Source: Gammaproteobacteria bacterium (GTDB lineage: Bacteria > Pseudomonadota > Gammaproteobacteria > GCA-001735895). From it: a stretch of DNA of 64,000 bases. The notes beneath the pieces are model-generated. The model had not been told where the DNA came from, did no database searches, and saw nothing but the letters and a program-made list of their open reading frames with translations. Location: contig JBNKUM010000103.1 in NCBI GenBank assembly GCA_050298595.1, positions 2,150 to 66,149 on the forward strand, in the 5' to 3' direction. Positions 46,145 through 54,600 of the stretch are shown in pieces; position 1 is the stretch's first letter, and every line of letters begins with the position of its first letter. The position numbers were made by a program, and so were the translations under genes.

Positions 46145-49099
46145 TCAACCTCTAAATGGACTCAGTCTATTTTTTCTGACCAGTGTCAGTAACATGATAT
46201 TTAGAAAGATAAAGAACAGCCCAATACTGCCACCACTACGACTCACTGCTGATCCACTAGACCCTGAAGTCGCCGTTGATCCAGCAGTCTTAGCCGCAAC
46301 TTCAGTCGTTGTGTAGTAGCTAAAGTGGCTGGTTTTAAACACGATATAGCCATCCTGCATATCTGTTGCTGCTCGTACTAGCTGGATATCTGCAGGATCA
46401 ACTTTTGTCCAGGACTCACCATCTATAGAGGTAATGACATTGACCTGATCAGCAGAGCTACTACTGCCTCTATAAGGTAGTTTTACCCATACCGGAGCAG
46501 CAAATGTTGCTAATGTCGAGCCAGACTGCTTTTTGATTTTCAGTGCAAAAACTTCTGCTCCTGTCGATAAACTACCAAACCCGGCTGCAGCGGCTTTGGT
46601 CATTTCAGGGGTATCTCCCAGCTCGACCTGTAGTACATAACCGGCGAAATCATCATCACCGGATATGACCGCAACCTGTCGAATAGACTCATCACCCTGT
46701 CTAACCTGAAACATATGAGCCTTACTATTCCTGAACTGATCTGCCAGCTGAGCAGCATCATCAGCATTCGAAATGCCTAAGCCGGACATACCCTCTTCAA
46801 TAGTCGCAACATTGGTATAGGTTTTTGCTATTGAGGTAGCTTCTACAGCGATTGCAGAACGTAGCGCCGACATAGAGGGATTAACAATACTATCGGCCAG
46901 AATATCGGAGACATTGGCTGTTACCACACCTGTTTCAGCATCCATTTTCATATAAGGAGCATCAAACGTTACAATGCCCTCAGTAACCAGACGTGGATCA
47001 GGAACTGTGGTAACCACATAGCTGTTATTTTTTCCGAAGATTCCATCATCAGATACCAGCGCACTAATGGTTGTTCCATCAGACTTATAGTTATGACATT
47101 GCTCACATTGCACCGATGATACTGCGGGTCTTGTATTGTGTGATAACAGGTACTGGTTGATTTCTGACCACACCAGAATAGCATCGGAATTTTCTATACC
47201 GCTGATTTTAAACACCTTGTCATAAGCCTGTTTCAGACCTTTAAAACCTTCATAACTATCCGGGTCATTAAACCTGACACTACCATGTGAAAATCCTGCA
47301 GTCACCTCACCTAGTACCGCCCCTGTTTCAGGGTCAACTATCTGGCCTCCGGTCACGGTGCCATGGCTATCCTTAACCGGTTGAAAGACACTGTTTCGTT
47401 GAGTTCTATTGAGAACGATCCCACTGTTTTTATCCTTCCAGTAATATCGTGCCTTTGGTTTGTAAGGTACGATTGTTTTATCGCCATTTTCAGCTTCACG
47501 ATAACGATATACAGGATCGAAAGATACTCCTTTTATTGCCTTGCCTGTGATATGGCAGGCCTGACAACTCACCACGTCCAGATGCGTTTGAGTAATCTGT
47601 TCCAGAGTACTTTGAGGGTAACCGGACATGTCACCATTTAAAGTCCAGACCTTCTTATGCGCAGTCAACATGTCTGCATCACCCGATGGATTTGCCAATT
47701 CTGCAGCCTGTGGCGATTGCTCGTGACAGTATTCACAGGATTTGGCATTGGGGTTGTAATCCATATCATTATGTACATCCATATCAGAGTTCCCTTTCAG
47801 AAAATCATGACTGGCATCTACATCAGCACTGGCTGAAGGTGGATTAAAATAATTACGCGCATGGCAGGCATTACAGTTTTCTATGGTGCGCTCTTCTCCA
47901 TTATCTTCACGCCAGATTTTCCCTTTATGTACATCGTCCTGATAATCCTCTACCAACACACCTGTTTCTTCTTCTGCAATGGCTTCAGCCCCTTCACCAA
48001 AACCATAAAATCCTCGACGTGAGTTACTGGTCAAATGACATATCATACAGTTGTCATTCGCAGGGAAACGTAACATTGGAATCTCAGCTTTTCCATCGCT
48101 ATTAAAAGCATCGGAATTCCAGGTGACATGGGGCTTTAAATTTCCATTTTTATCTTCCTTATAGAGCAGTTCTTCAGGTGTAATAATTCCATCAGCCGGT
48201 ACTGCTGTTCCAGACATATGATCGAAAGATGCCTTATCTTCACGATCAAATGACAGCAGGGTTTTATCCAGTGACTCATCATCGCTAAGATTTAGATTCA
48301 ATATTTCTAGGATGGTGGAATTCGCTTCACGAAAATGTCCCTGACTGATTAACGCGGTTATACGCATAGTCCTCAACATAGTAGAGGCAGCTCCTGTCAC
48401 CTCAAGCTCTGGATCTACAATCTTCAATGCTGTGATATCAACATGACATAACAAACAGTCATTTTCCACCACACCAGATTTTTTCCAGTCCCACTGACTG
48501 ACTACCGAACTTGCTGCAATATTATTATTTTCATCGGTGCCTCGGTTGTAATATTCTCCATCAAATTCCGTCACCGTAGCTGGATCAACTTCATCGAAAC
48601 GATTTCCATTTCGATCTTTTTCCATCCAGCCTCCGCCTGAATGACAATAGGCGCAACCCTTAACCATACCGGGAGTTCCAAGATCAGCAAAATCATGAGG
48701 ATTAGTATTTGATTTTTTTGCCTGCCAGGATGGATTATTACCCCCCATACAGTTGTAACCACCTGCATAACCAGGAGAAATCAATAATGAGATGCCATGC
48801 TTTTCTCCATAGCTATCGCTCATTTCATCGCGACCAGCTTCTATATGGAAAGCATGAGTGATGACATTGTAATCATGACAACCGCCACAGGTTTGTTTTG
48901 AGCTATAGGGCTGACCGCTGTCCAGAACGTTATTGCCCTCTTCATCCAGAATGGGGAAAGCAGGTTTATGAATATAAGGTTCATCATAAACATTTGCCTG
49001 TACAGGTCCTGCAAATGCAAAAAACACATACACGGTAATAAACCGTAGCAGAGTATTGTTAATAGCTTTAAATACTGCGTCATGGGTTGGTAAAGTCAT
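46145..49099 (-). CDS. Large secreted octaheme cytochrome c with a non-heme C-terminal domain and a GlyGly-CTERM-like sorting tail
   Basis: Signal peptide (...FFAFAGPVQA/NV). Eight widely spaced CXXCH in the first 665 aa or so, then about 270 aa without heme motifs. The tail is SGSSGSAVSRSGGSIGLFFIFLNIMLLTLVRKNR. Confidence 0.85.
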   Translation of the reverse strand: MTLPTHDAVFKAINNTLLRFITVYVFFAFAGPVQANVYDEPYIHKPAFPILDEEGNNVLDSGQPYSSKQTCGGCHDYNVITHAFHIEAGRDEMSDSYGEKHGISLLISPGYAGGYNCMGGNNPSWQAKKSNTNPHDFADLGTPGMVKGCAYCHSGGGWMEKDRNGNRFDEVDPATVTEFDGEYYNRGTDENNNIAASSVVSQWDWKKSGVVENDCLLCHVDITALKIVDPELEVTGAASTMLRTMRITALISQGHFREANSTILEILNLNLSDDESLDKTLLSFDREDKASFDHMSGTAVPADGIITPEELLYKEDKNGNLKPHVTWNSDAFNSDGKAEIPMLRFPANDNCMICHLTSNSRRGFYGFGEGAEAIAEEETGVLVEDYQDDVHKGKIWREDNGEERTIENCNACHARNYFNPPSASADVDASHDFLKGNSDMDVHNDMDYNPNAKSCEYCHEQSPQAAELANPSGDADMLTAHKKVWTLNGDMSGYPQSTLEQITQTHLDVVSCQACHITGKAIKGVSFDPVYRYREAENGDKTIVPYKPKARYYWKDKNSGIVLNRTQRNSVFQPVKDSHGTVTGGQIVDPETGAVLGEVTAGFSHGSVRFNDPDSYEGFKGLKQAYDKVFKISGIENSDAILVWSEINQYLLSHNTRPAVSSVQCEQCHNYKSDGTTISALVSDDGIFGKNNSYVVTTVPDPRLVTEGIVTFDAPYMKMDAETGVVTANVSDILADSIVNPSMSALRSAIAVEATSIAKTYTNVATIEEGMSGLGISNADDAAQLADQFRNSKAHMFQVRQGDESIRQVAVISGDDDFAGYVLQVELGDTPEMTKAAAAGFGSLSTGAEVFALKIKKQSGSTLATFAAPVWVKLPYRGSSSSADQVNVITSIDGESWTKVDPADIQLVRAATDMQDGYIVFKTSHFSYYTTTEVAAKTAGSTATSGSSGSAVSRSGGSIGLFFIFLNIMLLTLVRKNRLSPFRG

Positions 49100-49551
49100 T
49101 TTTATTAGCCCTATAATTATTAGTACGCTTGATGCTGACTTATAAAGACAACCAGCATTTAATATTCAGGCGAGCATTATCATTAATAAATAATCGGCGT
49201 GAATGTGACAAATTGACACAGTTTGTAGGGTTATTAATTCTTTAAAGTTTGCTAAAGGTAAGCAAATTAAGGGTTGCAGGCGTATTTGTATTGTATTGAT
49301 CATAAATTGACCCAGATCAGGTCAAACTATGTTAGAAGTGATTCAGGACAGTTCACAAAAGTATTGCTTAACCTTTTGTACTCCTTTTACCCTGACACTA
49401 TTTTTACAAGAATGCCTGTTCATCGCCCTTCTGATCTGGGGCCTGTCCATGGAATAATCTGTCACATTAGCCAGGTTATTACTTTATTTTAATGGGACAA
49501 CCTTTTTTGATAGTTGAAAAATCGCCTGAAGTTTTAAGATAAACATATTAA

Positions 49552-49708
49552 CCTCTGTGTCCTCGGTAACAGCTCCTGCGTTATTCTTACCCGACAATTG
49601 CTCCTGCATTGCTCTACCTTCGACCATCCATAGTCTCGTACTTACGGGTGTCCTCGACTCTAGCTTCCTGCTTCGCCCTACCTCCTCCTTCCCTGGAGTC
49701 GAGCCCTA
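49552..49708. repeat. Cluster of short degenerate repeats in the cytochrome-operon leader
   Basis: A 20-nt motif occurs three times: gctcctgcgttattcttacc (49572-91), gctcctgcattgctctacc (49600-18) and gcttcctgcttcgccctacc (49663-82). tgtcctcg occurs twice. Bounded by cctctgtgtcctcgg ... ctgtggtg. An internal stem pairs ctcgactc (49653-60) with gagtcgag (49697-704). Confidence 0.6.
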
Positions 49709-49988
49709 ATCTGTGGTGAAATTATTCTAAATATTGAAATGGCTTAAACTTAGGTGTAATCAAGAAAAGGTTTACCTAAAAAACACTCGGATTTTGAATA
49801 TCAGGCTTGTAAACTGAGCTTTACCTGCCAGATTACAGTCTATACATAACGGTCTTTGCAGGCGACTTCACCTCTTGCTATTCTAGGGCCTGTAAACAGG
49901 CCCTGATAAGGCCAACCATGTAGTTTTTTGCAAACGACAACCGATTATCTAAACCTTGTCATCAAGCTCAGGTTTGTGCAAATGGCCG

Positions 49989-50819
49989 ATGATCAATAAA
50001 CATCCATTTCCTATTCACAACAGAAAATATTTCAGGCATTTGATAGTGGTAGATAATTTTAACAAACGAACTAAGGAAGCATTGGTACGGGGCACCGTGT
50101 GGGCATTTATTGGCAGCCTGTATGGCATGTTATTCATTTTTTTCTATAGCCTGTCTGAGCACTACTCGCTCCCAGTAAGCTCTTTTCTAGTTGCCGGAAC
50201 CCTGGCCGGAACCTTAGCTGCCTTAATCTATAGCAGCATGAGTCTTGCCGTCATTATCGCTTCAGTTTCATCGGTCACCAGTTTGATCATTGCGGTTTCC
50301 AACGATGGTAATATCGACCTGCTAAATCTGGTTTTAATCACTGCTTTCGTCGGTGCTCTGGTCGGCGCATGGTATGGCATATTTGCCAAACACTCTCGTG
50401 TATATCGAGCAGATGCCAAAACCCTGACAGGTATTTGCTCCGGCGGACTGGTTTCTCTGTTCATCTCCATCGTTAATTTTCTAATACCGTCTACGCCCAT
50501 GATGCTCACTATTGGAGCAAGTTGTCTCCTGACAGGATCATTGTATGTTGTGCTCGTGCCTGTTTTTGTCCAACGTTATGATGAGATACTTCCCCCTGTA
50601 GGTGATGGCGCTATGGTAGGAGCAGGTACCAGTGTGTTTATCGCCTTACTTTTTTTTGTCATGATCAGCGGCGTCACACCAGAATCAGCGGGAGATTTAC
50701 AGATACTTACAGAGCATATTAGAGACACCTTCCTACAGGCTTCTGTAGGTGGTATGTTGGGCGGAGGGATTGCCGGATTTATGTCTGGAATGATGTTGAA
50801 AGAATGGCAGGATTTGTGA
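49989..50819 (+). CDS. Hypothetical polytopic membrane protein (Gly-rich TM segments)
   Basis: About 7 hydrophobic segments. The track start is a TTG at 49956; the first ATG is at 49989. Confidence 0.55.
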   Translation: MINKHPFPIHNRKYFRHLIVVDNFNKRTKEALVRGTVWAFIGSLYGMLFIFFYSLSEHYSLPVSSFLVAGTLAGTLAALIYSSMSLAVIIASVSSVTSLIIAVSNDGNIDLLNLVLITAFVGALVGAWYGIFAKHSRVYRADAKTLTGICSGGLVSLFISIVNFLIPSTPMMLTIGASCLLTGSLYVVLVPVFVQRYDEILPPVGDGAMVGAGTSVFIALLFFVMISGVTPESAGDLQILTEHIRDTFLQASVGGMLGGGIAGFMSGMMLKEWQDL

Positions 50820-50873
50820 TCTGGAAATGAGCTTTCTCACCCAGATTTCAGAGTTTAAAACATTTCTATCACT

Positions 50874-51019
50874 GAGCGCACAGAGAACACGGAGGCTAAA
50901 ATTTTTATACTGGATATTTTCCGTAGATGCATAAAGTTTCAAGTAAGAAATCCATTTTAATATTATAATCGTCAGACTAACTGGTTCCCTCTGAGTCCTC
51001 TGTGTGCTCTGTGGTGAGT
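50874..51019. repeat. MITE-like element: imperfect terminal inverted repeats around an AT-rich core
   Basis: The reverse complement of gagcgcacagagaacacggaggct (50874-97) matches cctctgtgtgctctgtggtg (50998-51017) at about 16 of 18 core positions. The same motif starts the repeat cluster at 49552. Confidence 0.5.
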
Positions 51020-51059
51020 AACTTTTTCTATCAAATAACCCCACTGGCATTTAATAATC

Positions 51060-51602
51060 GTGGCTCTCAAATCAACTATCTTCAAAGCAACGGTTCAAAT
51101 AGCCGATATGAATCGCGGTTATTATGAAGAGCATGCATTAACACTTGCTCGCCATCCATCCGAAACAGATCGACGCATGATGTTGCGATTGCTGGCTTTT
51201 TGCATCGATGCAAACGAAGCACTGACCTTTTGCAAAGGCATCTCAACCGATGACGAGCCCGATTTATGGCAGCATGAATTACATGGTGCTATCAATAAAT
51301 GGATTGAGCTCGGTCAACCCGATGAAAAACGTATCCGCAAAGCCTGTAACCAGGCCGAGCAGGTAATTCTTTATGCATATAATGATCGCAGTGTTGATAT
51401 CTGGTGGGATCAGATCAACAGCAAATTAACCCGCTTTGAAAACCTTACCATCGCCAAAATCTCAGATGCCGAATTAGATGCTCTGGAAGCCTTGGCCAAA
51501 CGCTCTATGCAGTTACAATGCACCATACAGGATGCAGACATCTGGCTGAGTGATAGTGAGCATAGTGCACATATCAATTTGAATTATTTAGCCCGTATCT
51601 AA
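51060..51602 (+). CDS. yaeQ: YaeQ family protein
   Basis: MALKSTIFKATVQIADMNRGYYEEHALTLARHPSETDRRMMLRLLAF matches the conserved YaeQ N-terminus. 180 aa. GTG start. Confidence 0.85.
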   Translation: MALKSTIFKATVQIADMNRGYYEEHALTLARHPSETDRRMMLRLLAFCIDANEALTFCKGISTDDEPDLWQHELHGAINKWIELGQPDEKRIRKACNQAEQVILYAYNDRSVDIWWDQINSKLTRFENLTIAKISDAELDALEALAKRSMQLQCTIQDADIWLSDSEHSAHINLNYLARI

Positions 51603-51668
51603 TCGATGCTTGTTTATAGTCAGCTATGCAGAGGGGGATACCAAAGATCCCCCCATCCAATCTCAACA

Positions 51669-54600
51669 TCAATATCCAGAAGCCATTTTTTTAGCCTGCA
51701 CATAATCGGTTTTACCTGAGCCAAGCCTGGGCAAACTATCCACAGTAATAATCTCAGTCGGTATCAACAGGGGGTTGATGCCTTTTTCCAGCATAGCTTG
51801 TTTCAATGACTTCAATTCTATTGATTGCTCAGTGAGTAACACCACTCTTTCACCTTTTTTATCATCGGGTAGATTAATGGCAATCACTTCTGCATCGTCA
51901 TTATCAAGGCTATTCGCAACTGCCTGTTCAACCTCGCCCAGACTGATCATTTCACCACCGATCTTGGCAAAACGCGAATAACGATCGACGATAGTTAGAT
52001 AGCCATCTTCATCCAGATGACCCTTGTCACCGGTCGCGTACCAACGGATACCTTCGACCTGATGAATGGCTGCCGCAGTTTTTTCAGCATTATCAAGATA
52101 ACCCTGCATCACCTGGGGTCCAGCGATCAATACCAGGCCATCGCAAGCTGTTTCCAGTTCCTCAAGAGTTTGAGGATCAACAACCTTGAAGCTGGTGCCA
52201 GGTAATGGCAATCCCACAGTACCCGGTTTATGACCCTGTAACTGTTTCCAGTTTGAGCGGTCAATATTGTCCGGCAGATTGACACTGGCTACTGGAGCTG
52301 TTTCGGTCGCTCCATAGCCTTCATAGATATCCTTGCCAAACTTGAGCTTGAAGGCATCGCGAACCTCTGGGTTCAGACGTTCAGCGCCGGATACTACCAG
52401 GCGCAAGCTGTCCATCATCAGAGGCTTAACTTTACTGTCCCTGGTATACAGACGCAGAAAGGTCGATGTTGCACACATAATCGTAGCCTTATATTTCGCG
52501 ACTGCTTTGGCGACACCCAGGCTATCGGTAGGGTCAGCGTGACAGATCACCGGTAAACCTTCAATCAAGGGTAGGAACTGGGTCACCGTCAAACCAAAGG
52601 CATGAAATAAAGGTAGCGAAGCCAAAACACGATCACCACCTTCCGCATTTAACACCTCAGCAACCTGTTTCAGGTTGGCAATAATATTATGGTGACTGAG
52701 CTGAATACCCTTAGGTAAACCTTCGCTACCACTGGAAAACAGGATGGCTGCTGTTTGCTCCGCATCATGATTTTTAGAATATAGTGCTCGCAACAACCAG
52801 CAGGGTAATACGCGGCTACTCAGCCATACAGCAAACATTTCTGTCTTGCTAATCGATTGCTTCAGGTCTTCGAGAAATACTACTTCAACCGATTGCAACA
52901 GCTCAGAAAAATCCAGCCCTCGTTTGGACAGCTTATCCAGAAAGCGCTGTGAGGTATAAACTGTACGAATCCCCGCCTGTTGCAATGCCGACGCAAATGC
53001 CTGACTACTCGCGCTATAGTTCAGGTTGACCAGAGTCTTACCAGCCAGTAATCCAGCCATATTGGTTATAATGCCAGCACTACTGGTCGGTAGCAGCAAT
53101 CCGATATTCTGTTCTGGAGACAGCTGACTTATGCGCCTGGAAAAAACGATCGAAGCAGTCAGCAGCTTATATGACGACAGCGGCTGCCCCATTGTATCCG
53201 CTAATGCCATCTTTAACGGATTCCGTTTGATGGCCTCAATCCAGCTATCGGCTAATGAAGGCTGCTCACTTACGAATGACTGCCATGCCAGTATCGATAA
53301 ATCGAATACACGACGTTTGAGGATTTCGGCACCGGTAGTGCGATCCAGCACTTCGCCAAAAGTGACAGACAGATCACGTCTTTGACCCGTTTTACGCATG
53401 TTCTTGAAATGCGGGTTAGCACGCGAAAACTGACTGCCCCATAAACCGTGCAGATAAAACGGTACGATCACAACATCATCGTTGGCGGCCAGGGCTGCCT
53501 TTTCATAACCATGTTTGAATTCCGATAACTGGCCGTTACGACTGATGGTACCTTCAGGGAACAGACAAACCACCTCGCCATCGTTAAGTAGCTGAGTCAT
53601 CTGTTCCAGCGCCTTTTTGCTGCCGATTCCAGACTCAATTGGGATACAGCCAAACATTTTAAAAAACCAGTTCAAGTACCAGCGCTCATAGATATTACGG
53701 ATCATCACGAAACGCACCGAGCGAGGACAGGCAATCTGTACAATGGCCCAGTCCAACCAGCTAATATGGTTACCCAGTAATAAAACACCGCCCGTAGATG
53801 GCAAATTTTGCATACCTTCCACACGTACCCGGTAACGCGCACTCATCACATAAGACAGAATAAAACGCACCAGACTCTGTGGCAGTTGATAAACCGAATA
53901 GCCAAAGCCGATCAGGGCAACCAGCGAGATCAGGTACAACAGCTGGCTACTTTCAAATTCAGCCAGTGAAAATAATACCGTCACCATCAAAAACAGCAGC
54001 ATTGAAATATTCTGGATCAGGTTGTTGGCGGCGAGTACCCGCCCCATCTGATGGCTGCCCGCATGGAATTGAATCAGTGAATTTAAGGGCACAATCAACA
54101 GTCCGCCCATGGCTCCGATAAACATAAAATCCAGCCCCATCAAAAGCGGATCATACAAACCGGGCAGAAAAAACAGGCCCGCAGCAATACCCGCTGCAGC
54201 AACTGGAATCAGGCCGGTCTCGATATAGTTTCTAGAGGCGCGCGCTGCAATCATTGAGCCCAGGGCAATACCGATGCCAGAAACCGCCATAATGATCTGA
54301 ATGATGACGGTATTGGTTTCACCAGTTTGTTGTTTGGCAAATGAGGGAAAGGCCGCCAGCATAACCTGGCCGATAGACCAGAACAGAGACAGCCCGATGA
54401 TTGACTGAAAAATCACATGGCTTTTAACAACAGGCCGAAGGTTATCTTTTGTCATTTGCCCTTTGGCAAATTCACTCATATCAAACCTTTGCTGATGATC
54501 GGTTTGTTCCAGCTGTGGTAAGCGATACATCATGATCAGTTCCAGAATACTGGTAGCAATCAGGATATAACCAACCGGAATAAGCGTAACCAGAATTTCC

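Noticed and set aside
45848-46192. Plus-strand ORFs 45848..46192 (114 aa) and 45904..46155 (83 aa)
   Set aside because: They run against a tightly coupled minus-strand operon. The minus-strand ORF has start and stop codons that interlock with both neighbours, so I preferred it, though neither option is proven.
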